Source of the DNA: Eledone cirrhosa
Taxonomy: Eukaryota
Direction: 5' to 3'
Length of the DNA: 64,000 bases
Assembly: GCA_964016885.1 (NCBI GenBank)
Contig: OZ024756.1
Span: 21,390,001 to 21,454,000, forward strand
Shown piece after piece: positions 26,423-39,519 of the stretch. The notes beneath the pieces are model-generated. The model was not told where the DNA came from and did no database searches. It saw only the letters and a program-made list of their open reading frames with translations. A program made the position numbers and the translations under genes. Every line of letters begins with the position of its first letter. The stretch's first letter is position 1.

Positions 26423-26457
<35 letters not shown>

Positions 26458-26537
26458 TGGAGAGAGATACATCAATTACACAAAGGACACAGAAAGAAAG
26501 AAAAAAGACCCAGTATGTACATACACTATACTCTCAG

Positions 26538-26577
<40 letters not shown>

Positions 26578-27116
26578 CATCCATACACAATATATACTGC
26601 ACATGCACACACACATACACACACACACACATACACACACATACATACATACACACACAGATAGACACACACAGATAGACACTCACACAGATACACACAT
26701 AGACACTCACACAGACACACACATAGACACTCACACAGACACACACATACACACACACATACACATATATACACATACACACACACATATATACACACAC
26801 ATGCACACATACATAACCGAAGACCTCCTATAGAGATCCACATAGATGACACGTCAAGAAGGTAAAAGAGAAGAGAAAAGACAAAAGCTGATGAAGGATT
26901 TGAACCATAAAGAAGTTGAGTTGACCAGAGATGGAGTAGGAAACAAAGAGAAAGATAAGGATATAATGAAGAAAAGAAAATAGGAAGAGAGACAACAAGC
27001 ACAACAGAAGTTATAATGAAAGAAAACATTAAAAAAATAATACTTAGCCACCAAAATAACAAGACAGGATAAAAGGTCGAATTGAGACACCTTTCCATCC
27101 AGGATAGAGAAAATAC

Positions 27117-27158
<42 letters not shown>

Positions 27159-27243
27159 ATAATAATAATAATAAGGGTGAAAGCAGCGATTCTTTGCTTA
27201 AACTTTAATCTGTTATTTTAATAAATATATATATATATATATA

Positions 27244-27583
27244 TATTAATTAAAAATATTAACAAAATAGATATTCTTGTGATCAATTATATTTTATTAT
27301 ACATATTTCAGAGGTACTGAGCTAACTTCAACGGTACGTCCTCATCAGATAAAATAAGATGATGCTTGACATACCATGACATAGTAGATGGTTAAGATTC
27401 AGTCATGGTATGGTACTACCATAACTGAATCTTAACCATCTATTATGTCAGGGTATGTCACGCATCATTTTATTTTATCTGATGAGGACGTACTGTTGAA
27501 CTTAACTCAGTACCTCTGAAATATGTATAATAAAATATAATTGCTCACAAGAATATCTATTTTGTTAATATTTTTAATTAATA
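27244..27583. mobile_element. Palindromic element in (TA)n with a hammerhead in each arm
   Basis: Arms of ~165 bp centred near 27413; the right arm extends ~100 nt to (TA)n near 27682. Confidence 0.8.
27472..27536 (+). ncRNA. Minimal hammerhead ribozyme motif (mirror copy on the minus strand at 27291-27355)
   Basis: ATTTTAT-CTGATGA-GGACGTACTG...CAGTACCTCT-GAAA-TATGTA-TA-ATAAAAT. Confidence 0.7.
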
Positions 27584-29363
27584 TTAATAACTCTGGAAAA
27601 CCTTTATAACTTGTTGAGTGCTTCCAATCTATTGTAAAACTCATTCTTTGATGTATTCATTGAACCTTGTTTAACTTTTAAATATATATACATATATATA
27701 TATTGGTGTGTGTGTATAGTTCTCTCTCTCACTCTCTCGCTCTCTCCTCTCTCTCTCTCTCTCTTTCACTCTCCTCTCTCACTCTCTCGCTCTCTCCTCT
27801 CTCTCACTTCTCGCTCTCTCCTCTCTCTCACTTCTCGCTCTCTCCTCTCTCTCACTTCTCTCTCTCACTTCTCTCTCTCTCCTCTCTCTCACTTCTCTCT
27901 CTCTCCTCTCTCTCACTTCTCTCTCATCCCACTTCTCTCCTCTCTCTCTCATTCCACTTCTCTCCTCTCTCTCTCATTCCACTTCTCTCCTCATCCCACT
28001 TCTCTCCTCATCCCTCTTCTCTCCTCATACCACTTCTCTCTCTCTCACATCCCTCTTTTCTCATTCCTCTTCTCTCTCATCTCTCTTCTCTCTCTTCTCA
28101 CTAATCTCTCTCTCTCTTCTCTCTCCACTTCTTCCTCTCTCTCTCTCTCCTCACTCATATATATAACAAGAAAATATCTATATAAAACCACACAATTATA
28201 GCTCCAAACTTATACTGGTATTAACAATTAAACCTCGCTGTTGCAAATCTATAATCTTAATCTTAAAGAAAAAAAAAGAATATTTTGTGGAGAAATATCG
28301 TCTGCTTTATTCAAACATCGGCCATTTTTGTTTGCTATTCATTTTGATTAATTCTTTCGTCTTCGTTCAGCTGGCATCTTTCGTTCTGTCGTTGTTGTCT
28401 GCATGATCGACCTCTTTGTTTAGTTTGCCATGAATCGAAATCAAGGGTCAAAAGGTTTTGACTGCGGATGAAGGAGATTCTGAATTAAGACAACAAAGAA
28501 CGAGAAGAAAACGATCAGAAGAAAACAACAGATGTACACTATATAGCTTAAAATATTTATATCTACCTGCCTGTCTGTCTACCTGTCTCTCTGTTTGTCT
28601 TCTTACCCGTCTGTCTCTCAAACTATCGTCCTATCTAACAACCTATCACCCTCCTTGTCTGTCTCTTTGTCTGTCAAGCTACATTCCTATCTAAGCACCT
28701 ACTATTCTACTTGGCTAGGAGTCTCTCTCTCTCTCTATGGCGTTCCGAACATTTTGAGTTCAATATAATTTTAATGACAGGAAAGCATCAAAATGATTCT
28801 TTGTATATTTCTATCATATTTTTCCATCATACTTTTCTCAACAGTTTCCGTTAACGAAAAAATAATTTTTGTAACGCTCGCGCTGTTGCTCTGTGACATT
28901 TAAATGAAATTGTTTGTCCTGTACAGCCAGTCAGTGTTCTGTAACCAACTACAGTTCTGCCTCACAGGAGAACTATCTCGAAAGAGAAGAAAATCATAGG
29001 AAATATTGACTAGTGAAAAAGTTTGAAAACGTTGGAAAATATTTCCCTGCAAAACGTCATTTTCGAATGGTGATCTTTGACAGAGAAACAGTAGGAATTG
29101 GTTCAATGTCGCGAGGAAACAGGACACCAACACTAAACATTCTACGGCACTTTGTCTTGATACAATATTGCAAGCGTTCTAGAAAATCAGTTGAATCATC
29201 ACTTGTGATTATCGTCTGTAGTCAGTTCACAACACATTCTTTGTCGTTGAATGGTCACTTAAGATTGTTTTTTATAGATAAGAATAAGATATCTTATTTT
29301 TAAAAAACTGTTAAAATAAGATATCTTAAACAAATAAAAACAAAACATTATTAAAGGGGAATT

Positions 29364-29550
29364 GGCGGTGAATTGGCAGTATCAGTAGAGGGTCGGACAT
29401 GCTTTCCAGCATAGTTACGTCCCTTTACGATCTGAGTTCAAATCCCGCCGAGGTTAACTTTGCCTTTCATCCATACGGGGCTCGATAAAATAAAGTACCA
29501 GTAATGTTCTGGGTAATTGCTGGCCTTGTGCCAAAAGTAGAAATAATTAT
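29364..29550 (+). mobile_element. SINE (family A)
   Basis: A and B boxes and body. Confidence 0.85.
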
Positions 29551-32010
29551 TAAAGGGGACAAAAAAAAAGGAAATGAAAAGAAGAAAAAGAAAAATACCA
29601 AGTAACGAAAGAGAGAGAGGGGGGAGTGAGCAACGGACACTCTACCCAGTCTGAGAAGTGCCTTAGCCACGTGCCGCAGACAAAGTGACAAAGGCATTAG
29701 CGCGGAGAATGGCCAGAAAATCATGCTGTCACAACCACCCGACCTCACGGGGCTCCCTCCTCAGTTATTGTCTGTAGTCAGTTCACAACATACCCTTTGT
29801 CGTAGTTTGATATTGTACAGGATCTTAAATGCACCGGCTCGCAATATAAATATCTTGGATCCACCATTACGACAGTACAGGCATATCGCAGCTTACGTCA
29901 TTTCAAGTTTCGTCATTTTCGAAGTCACTGCGGCTTTTCTCAATATCATATATAGATAAATTTCTGTGATTCTGTCACAACGCCTAAAGAGAGAGGAGTA
30001 GATTGCTTGCCTCATACTACTCCGCTCTCTTTACGTCTGCTGCCTGCGTGAATGTATGTGTGTAAAAGGAAGAAAGGGGGTGGTGAAAAGACTACACTGT
30101 GAGTGAGTGTGTGTGTTTGTGTAAATGTATATGTGTGTGTATGTGAGAATGTATGTATGTGAGTGTGTATTTTTGTGTGTCTGTTTGCTCATTTATATTT
30201 ATGTACTCTTACATATAAATGTAAGCATATGCATATCACACACTCATATACATATACACGTCAGTGCGCTGAAAAAATCCAAGTATGGTAAAAACAAACC
30301 TCGTGCTATGTCGACTGGCTCAATTTTACGTCAGTCTACTAAAAATATTAAACTAATAATCACATTTAAATAAATGATAAAATATACAGCATAAAGTAAT
30401 GTAGTGTATTATAATGTATAAAATCCTTATCTGTTTATAGGGAAGACTCGTCATTTTTCGACTTAATGATGGGGTTTTTCACATAGGGTCATCATAAAAC
30501 TAGAACCAATCTAGTACTGGGGTCGATTCTTCTTCTATATCTCATTCTCTCTGTATAATGCCACTTAGATTATTCTTTAATTTTGGGGTTTTAGTGGTGT
30601 ATCCACGTCTCGTCTCGTTTCGTCTAATCTAATTTCATTTCATGTCATCCCATCCCTCCCTGAACAGATATATGAGAGCTCGAGACTCTCTGCAGAGCAA
30701 CATCGTGTCCCTTTGTCTTGTACTTTTTAGGTACCACACGAATTGATCGAATGGGCATATATATATAAACAAATTATACATTTAGTTTCACTGTCAATAG
30801 CATCATTGTCATGCTCAAATCATTTGGAAAAAAACCCTTCATGCGAATTTTTCTATGTATGTATGTATGTGGTTTACTCTCGTGATCTTGATGCATGCGT
30901 ACAGATCAATTCATAACCACTTCCGTTACGAACCAAAAACGCGTGTAATGTATACTAAGATAATCTTTGTCTTTCTTCATTCTGATAACTATCATGTCTT
31001 CAACTCTATCTCTTTAATCCATTATTTACAAAAGAAAATTTCTCCAACAATTCGTCCGTCGGAGAAAATTCTTGACAAATCTGAATAGAGTTTCATTTTA
31101 TTTTTAATTCAAATGTCGAAATTCTATCATGGCAACTTTCCACCATATTCTTCTTCTGAAGTCGATAAAACAGCACATTGGTCAAGTATTGGAATTGTTA
31201 GTTCATTCAACTAACCCTTACAACCTCTACTACCACCACCTACTACTATTATTATTGCTGCTACTACTACTACTGCTGTTTTTGTTTTGGCTTTGTACCA
31301 ACGTCAGAAATTGTTATTGTTCTTTTTGAAAAAAAGATTTGAAAAACAATATAAAGTACTACAAAACAATAACAACAACGACGAAAGTAAAACAAAAAGA
31401 GAAATAGAAAAAATTAAATAAAAACAATTCACCACCGATTGCTACTTTGTTTGACTTCGAGAACCAAAGAGAGAGAAAATGCAAATAAAAATAAATACAA
31501 AAAAAATCAATTATTGATTTTCAATTCAACAGACGTTAAGGAATAATTTCATACAAGGTGAGGTGTTAGTTTTTTTTCCTTCTTTTAGCTTTCGTTAGTT
31601 CTTATTTTTTTTCTATCTAAACATTGTCTAAAATATTATTTAAGGCCAAACGGAAGGGTGAAAATAAATACATAACACATATAAATGAAAAATTGTATTA
31701 TTGGTATTTAATTTTGGAGGTGCATGGGTCATAAATGTGTAAAAGACAAAGGGAATAGCTGATTTAATCATTTGAATGAACCTCCACTGTGTCACTGGTA
31801 CGTCTTATATCGACCGTGGGAATATATTAAACAAAGACTTCTTCAGAAAGATTTAAGCTCAGCAGATTGAAAAGCTTCATGACCAGATGCAAATGGGTAT
31901 TTACAGTTATTCCTGCTCTTTCGAATTTGTTTTGTAATCCATCAACCATTATTGTAATGATTTATACATTAATCAAAATGCCAGATATTTTGAGTAGGGA
32001 TTTATATTAA

Positions 32011-32345
32011 CGGCGGCGAATTGGCTGGGTCGTTAGAATATCGGATAGAATGCTTTGTGGTATTGATTCCGGTTCAAATCCAGCCGAAGTCAACTTTGCC
32101 TTTCATTCATTCGAGGTCGATAATAAATTACCTGACTAGAATTGCCAATATTATATTGGAGCCGATTCCTCCTTTATATCTCTTTCTCACACTTATACTT
32201 TCTCTCACTTTCTATCCTTCTCTGGAAGACATCTGCTGTATTCAGGCCTAGAGAGGGGTGGATCCCAGCACGTTTAAAATGCTCTAGAAACGCCATATGT
32301 TATTACGGCATCCCTGCGACTTCATCAGGAGATACAGAACTATAA
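32011..32345 (+). mobile_element. SINE (family B)
   Basis: GGCGGCGAATTGGC head and GGTTCAAATC; tail homologous to 2350-2655. Confidence 0.7.
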
Positions 32346-32483
32346 CTATACCATACCATAGTTTATATATCATCGAGCACGGAAATTTTGAAACAAATAT
32401 CGCAAAACATTTTGTCCGATGTTTTAGTGATTCTGCCAATCAAGCGTACTTCATTATCTTTGAGACACAGCCAACAATTTGGC

Positions 32484-32519
<36 letters not shown>

Positions 32520-33342
32520 GGGTGGTGGTTAATTGAATAAACCTCACTACGTGATTCTTAAATACGTCAACATAAACTAACTTTTTCGTCTAAGGTGTTA
32601 ATGTATTATTTTCCTCAGGACAAAATCGGCCGCATTTCATTAAGTTTATATAAATGCGCCTCTACAAATCTATTGTGTTAGGAGCCACTGATAAATGGTA
32701 TTTGAATAAATACTTCACATTAGTAAATAAATCAGATTTAAGTTGATATGGATCCCAATACCTGACTTGTACTTTATTTATCAACCACGGAAGGATGAAT
32801 GGCAAAGCTTACCTCGGAGGGATTTGAAGATAGAACGTAAAAGAGCCAGAACAAGTTCAACAGATATTTTGTTTAAGGCACTAACGCCCTCCTAACTTTT
32901 TAATTATACTTTCTAACGTAGGCACAACACAATAGCTTTGCGGGAAGCTATTGGCGATATGAACAACTTCAGAAGTTATCTGGAACTTTGGTTATTGATT
33001 CCTAAAGAATAAAAGACAAATATGACACTAATGGGATTTGAACAGCGTAACGAAAGCTAACTAAATAGTATAAACATTTTTTTTCGTAGAATGACAGGCA
33101 ATGCTCTGACCCCTCCCCCAAGGGATTTGAACCCATGACTTAAAGAAACGTAACTTATTGCGAGCGACAGGCAATGCCCCCCCCCCATCATGCTTTTACT
33201 AAAAGAGAGAAAAAGAAAGAACGGAAAGCGGATGCAAGAATAATATTTCTGCTAGTCGTGATCGTATAAATGATGTTCATATTGTTGTTTGTAGTAGTCA
33301 CTCCCTCGGACATATATTTTCTGAAATATCTACATTACATGC

Positions 33343-33387
33343 ATATATATATATATCCATATCCACATATATATATATATCCATATC

Positions 33388-33418
<31 letters not shown>

Positions 33419-34653
33419 CCATATCCACATATATATATATATCCATATCCACATATATATATATATCCATATCCACATATATATATATATATATATATAT
33501 ATCCATATCCACATATATATATATATCCATATCCACATATATATATATCCATATCCACATATATATATATCCATATCCACATATATATATATATATCCAC
33601 ATGCACATATATATATATATATCCACATCCACATATATATATATATATCCATATCCATATATCCATATCCATATATATCCATATCCACATATATATATAT
33701 CCATATCCACACATATATATCCACATATATATATATCCATATCCACATATATATATATATCCATATCCATATATATATCCATATCCACATATATATATAT
33801 ATCCATATATATATATATATCCATATATATATATATATATATCCATATATATATATATATCCATATCCACATATATATATATATCCATATCCACATATAT
33901 ATATATATCCATATCCACATATATATATATATATCCATATCCACATATATATATATATCCATATCCACATATATATATATATCCATATCCACATATATAT
34001 ATATATATCCATATCCACATATATATATATATATCTATATCCACATATATATATATATCCATATCCACATATATATATATCCATATCCACATATATATAT
34101 ATCCATATCCACATATATATATATATATCCATATCCACATATATATATATATATCCATATCCACATATATATATATATATCCATATCCACATATATATAT
34201 ATATATATCCATATCCACATATATATATATATATATCCATATCCACATATATATATATATATATCCATATCCACATATATATATATATATATCCATATCC
34301 ACATATATATATATATATATCCATATCCACATATATATATCCATATCCACATATATATATCCATATCCACATATATATATCCATATCCACATATATATAT
34401 CCATATCCATATATATATATATCCATATATATATATATCCATATCCATATATATATATATATATATATATCCATATCCATATATATATATATATATATCC
34501 ATATCCATATATATATATATATATCCATATCCACATATATATATATATATATCCATATCCATATATATATATATATCCATATCCATATCCACACATATAT
34601 ATATATATATATATCCATATCCACACATATATATATATATATATATCCATATC

Positions 34654-34684
<31 letters not shown>

Positions 34685-34691
34685 CCATATC

Positions 34692-34723
<32 letters not shown>

Positions 34724-35170
34724 GATATCCATATCCACACATATATATATATATATATAGATATCCATACCCAAACATATCTATATATATATAGATATCC
34801 ATACCCACACACACATATATATATATAGATAGATATCCATACCCACACATATATATATATATATATATAGATATCCATACCCACACATATATATATATAT
34901 ATATAGATATCCATACCCACACATATCTATATATATATAGATATCCATACCCACACATATCTATATATATATAGATATCCATACCCACACATATCTATAT
35001 ATATATCCATATCCACACATATATATATATATATATAGATATCCATACCCACACATATATATATATATATATAGATATCCATACCCACACATATATATAT
35101 ATAGATATCCATACCCACACATATATATATATATATATATATAGATATCCATACCCACACATATCTATAT
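33343..35170. repeat. Minisatellite CCATATCCAC(AT)n grading into GATATCCATACCCACAC(AT)n
   Basis: Seen directly in the sequence. Confidence 0.95.
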
Positions 35171-35332
35171 ATGTATACAAGTATAAACACGCACGCACAC
35201 ACGTACGTATGTATGTAAACAAATAAATATGCTTAAAAAGACTCCAGTTGCATTTTCGATTTCATCCTTTTTTCTTATACTTTCACTCGTGTAGGACATC
35301 TCGTTTTGTTCATCTTAAAAAAAACCCTAATT

Positions 35333-35373
<41 letters not shown>

Positions 35374-35421
35374 TATAGATAGGTAAATATACACGGGTGT
35401 GTATGATTGTGTATAGAAGAT

Positions 35422-35798
35422 TATATTAATAAGAGGAATTCCAACTTTGTCTGATTTACTCGTTTTATTTACAATCCTTTAAAATATATATAATGGTATT
35501 ATAATGAAATAGTATGATAGAATATTAAATTCTAAGTGTTAATTGAACAAGTACTTTCATGCTTTCGCAATCTTCAGGTTCATGATATGTGGTGACAGTC
35601 GAGTGAAAATTGCAAACTCGACTGTCACCACATATCATGAACCTGAAGATTGCGAAAGCATGAAAGTACTTGTTCAATTAACACTTAGAATTTAATATTC
35701 TATCATATTATTTCATTATAATACCATTATATATATTTTAAAGGATTGTAAATAAAACGAGTAAATCAGACAAAGTTGGAATTCCTCTTATTAATATA
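35422..35798. mobile_element. Near-perfect palindromic element in (TA)n with a hammerhead in each arm
   Basis: Arms of ~183 bp with an 11-nt loop at 35605-35615; very few arm mismatches. Confidence 0.8.
35638..35676 (+). ncRNA. Minimal type-I hammerhead ribozyme motif (mirror copy on the minus strand at 35544-35582)
   Basis: TGAAC-CTGAAGA-TTGC(GAAA)GCAT-GAAA-GTAC-TT-GTTCA; palindromic AGTACT stem III. Confidence 0.8.
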
Positions 35799-36365
35799 TA
35801 TATATATATATATAATTGTTTATAAGTAGTAATGCGTTACAACACACTACTTATTCAAAGCTTGATTTTTTATATTAATCATTGTGACCTTCCATACTTT
35901 TCCCCAAATTATCTCCCCTCCTTTACACGTAACATCCTCTTCTGTTACTGACGATTGACGGGATTAGTCGTATTTCTGTAGCCATAACGCCACATGCCTT
36001 TGCTAATTCGTCTGAGGTAACGCCCTATTTTCTTGTTTCTCTTCTGCTTGTCTGATGTAATTTAAATGTCACGTTTGGTCCTGTTTGTTTTTCTTCTCCC
36101 GGCATTGACGAATCTGTTTTGCCTTGTCCTGTTTGTAATCATTTCCCCAGTGGTTGAGATATATTCTGAGCAGTAGTAGTTACCATCCTAAAGGCCGAAC
36201 ATTCTGATTTCCTTTGATATCTGTGATATCGCTGGCCATCCATGCCTAGAATGGATGGCTGAAAATTGTCCGTTTGCATTGTCTAATTATATTTATATAT
36301 ACACACACGCACGCGCACACACTGAGACACCCTGCATATATTTCCCGCATATATTTCCCTGCATA

Positions 36366-36527
36366 TATTTCCCGGCGTCGAAGACGCTATTTTTTTCGTA
36401 AAATGTCTAAAAAATCTAGCATGCGTCCTGGAGGCCGAAGGTGTTTATTATTATTTTTCAAATTTTTGGTTGCCAAAGTTAGGGTGCGTCCTCGAGGACG
36501 AAGCGTCTTCGGCGCCGGGAAATACGG
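36366..36527 (-). mobile_element. MITE, same family as 13167-13334
   Basis: Reverse-complement homology; TIR CGCCGGGAAATACGG followed by TA. Confidence 0.8.
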
Positions 36528-36678
36528 TATCTATAAATATAAAGGATAAAACCAGTATTAAACTAGTTATCCCATTTTTCAAGAGAGTACTCGAAATTTG
36601 GCATAGTGTGACTATATTAGTAAGAGTCGTGGGTCGCCGGCTGAGCCATTGCCGTTTCGACAATACTAAGCATATTTA

Positions 36679-36744
<66 letters not shown>

Positions 36745-37202
36745 TACATATGATTAGATAATGTACGAGTGTGTGGAAAAAAATACGCACACATACACGA
36801 GATAGACGGATGGGTAGAGTTTCAAATATACCTGCATGTGCTTATATATGAACGCTTGTGCATGTTTACTAATCCTTCTTCTGCGTTGATCAACATTAAC
36901 CAGATGAAATATTTGCTGTGATCATGAAATAATATTTTAAACTAGATTCACCATATCCATAGTATTATTTAACCATTCGAACTGGAATAATTCTATAATT
37001 ATTATTATTGTTTGTATTTAAATCTTCCTCTTTCTATATCCAGGCAGATTATCCTGTTATCAAAAAGTCCCTTTGAATCCTTGAATCATGTTCTATCAGC
37101 TTAGTTTCAAACTGTTGTCTTAGTCTTTTATTTCCCCTTTACTTCTCGCACGCACACATACAAACATTCAAATACACGTATCTATGTATCTATGTATGAA
37201 AA

Positions 37203-37237
<35 letters not shown>

Positions 37238-37244
<7 letters not shown>

Positions 37245-37572
37245 AAAAAGGGATGAAATCGAAAATGCAACTGAAGTCTTATTTTTTTAAAAAATATATA
37301 TATATTTATTTGGTTCCTTTACCGGTTTCGCAGTTCTTCTGCTTTTCAAAAGGTGAGTTGAGATGGAGGGTCTGTGGTTTTTCTCACATGTGAGAAAAAC
37401 CACAAAGCAGAAGAACTGCGAAACCGGTAAAGGAACCAAATAAATATATATATATTTTTAAAAAAAATAAGACTTAAGTTGCATTTTCGATTTCATCTCT
37501 TTTTCTTTATACTTCCACTCGTGTAGGACACCTCGGTTATTTTTCATTTTGTAAAAAAAACCTCACTTTCTA
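37238..37572. mobile_element. Palindromic element in (TA)n (arms 37238-37511) with a 3' tail to 37572
   Basis: Centre TTCTCACATGTGAGAA. Degenerate hammerhead on the minus strand at 37316-37353 (CCTT-TTGAAAA-GCAG/CTGC-GAAA-CCGG-TA-AAGG). The tail is homologous to 35245-35340. Confidence 0.75.
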
Positions 37573-37589
37573 ATATATATATATATATG

Positions 37590-37770
37590 TTGTTCCCTTG
37601 ACAGTGGAGACTTCTGGTGTCCTCGGCCCCAGGGCTACCTCCCTACTAAACCACCATAGGCGCTGAGCTGGCCAGCCGCAGGTGTGAACCTCGCGAGTTG
37701 GAGTGGCTTTTCCAGCGCGTCTACCTTGCCGTCCTCCGAAGAAACGCCGTACGAGTCAGTATGGTGCCCC
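37590..37770 (+). mobile_element. CRE-like non-LTR retrotransposon, restriction-like endonuclease C-terminal relic
   Basis: VPLTVETSGVLGPRATSLL/IGAELASRRCEPRELEWLFQRVYLAVLRRNA resembles the FVPxAVETxG...QRISxAxQRGNA motif. Confidence 0.6.
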
Positions 37771-37907
37771 TACAAATCAGTCGGGAGTTACGGGACAATA
37801 ACATGTACACAATAGATTGGTGGATCGGCAGTCATTAGAGCGTCAGACAAAGACTTAGTATTTATTCTTATGAATACTCTATCACTAAAAGCATTTTATA
37901 TAAGGAA

Positions 37908-37966
<59 letters not shown>

Positions 37967-38086
37967 AAGCAAAGAAAATTTCAGAGATACGAAAGATTTC
38001 CTGGTGGAAGTTGAGGTGTACTCCGGGTTAGTATCCAGTTTCGAGGTGAAAGTCCAATCAGAAAATCCAACGAATTTTGAGGGATA

Positions 38087-38377
38087 TATATAATAGAAAA
38101 AACGAGGAAGTTTCGTTTACATGTAAAAAATATTTATTGCGTATCGACTTGTTACGCGCGTTTCGCAGAGGATTGGCTCAAGGTGACCCATAGAAATTAT
38201 GGACCCGACTCCAATATCGATCTGAGACTGGTGATACGGAGCAGATCGATACTGTCGGGTCCATAACTCCTATGGGTCATCTTGAGCCAATCCTCTGCGA
38301 AACGCGCGTAACGGGTCGATACGCAATAAATATTTTTTTACATGTAAACGAAACTTCCTCGTTTTTACTATTATATA
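38087..38377. mobile_element. Palindromic element with a 5'-truncated hammerhead (38239-38310)
   Basis: Arms of ~135 bp; GA-GCAGA...TCTGC-GAAA-CGCGCG-TA; homologous single-arm copy at 57092-57233. Confidence 0.7.
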
Positions 38378-38543
38378 CATCCCGCCTGTGCATAGTGCTT
38401 GATTTGGTACCAACACCAGTACTTCAGCGTACTATCTACAATATATATATATATAGTGGTAGAACACTGGAAGGTAATATACATGGGACAAGTTAGGTGA
38501 AACAATTGTTCTCGGTATGGTGAACTAACTGTTGTGTAACCAC

Positions 38544-38577
<34 letters not shown>

Positions 38578-39159
38578 GCAGGAATACACACACAATATAT
38601 ATATATTTGTACAAATGATGTATCCATTGGTAATAATGTTATATATTTTTTTTATTAGACATTTTTTTAGCACCTCCTCCTTATCACCAACTATTTAACG
38701 CTCTGAGAATCTCAATGTGAAATCCTTTTGTGTTAATCTAATTTGAAAATACTAACCGCATGTTTAAACTGCTAGTCTCACTTCTAAGTTGTAAATTCTC
38801 ATTTTGAAATCATTAATCTGATTTTGTGTTGGCAAGGTATCACTTTAAATTGATATGTCTCCACCTCGAATTAAAACACAGCAGTTTAGAGTGGACCAAT
38901 AGGAGTAGAAACGGTTTAATAAACTGATTAAAAAATGTTAATCATTAATAAAGAAATATATTTAACTCTAACCATTGAAATTTCCTATGTTACATGTGAA
39001 CGTCTTATCCATATGAGCAATAACATAATAGCTACTCCATCCAAATATATACATACATAGACACACATACATTCTGACACATACACTCATGGGTGCGCAC
39101 AAACACACATCTCTCACACATATACACACAAATATACATATATATATATATATATATGT

Positions 39160-39366
39160 CGGTGAGCACTCAGTGCTCCTTTGGGAGCCCCTACATGGAC
39201 ACACTAGAAGGGGAAGACCAAGGTTAACGTATGTTGATGCCCTAAGGACAGACACTGGTCTATTGGAGACGCAGGACATGGCAGCGATAATGAGGGACAG
39301 AGACCGCTGGAGAGAACTCGTCCATGGATCTCGGGAATTTTACCCGCCTTAGAATAGAATAGAATA
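39160..39366 (+). mobile_element. RTE-like LINE 3' fragment
   Basis: HSVLLWEPLHGHTRRGRPRLTYVDAL...DRDRWRELVHGSREFYPP*; (TAGAA)n tail. Confidence 0.85.
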
Positions 39367-39519
39367 TATATGTATATATAGCTGTCGAAATGGCCGGAGC
39401 TCAGCCGTCGGGGTCCTGAATCTTTTCATATATATATATAGATATATATATATAATATATGTTTTCCTTTGAAAAAAATGAACCTTAAAAATGAGGAGTG
39501 TCTCTCAGGTGTTCATGTA

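Noticed and set aside
35890-36270. Possible LINE ORF1 relic on the minus strand
   Set aside because: It has several stops and no recognisable motif.
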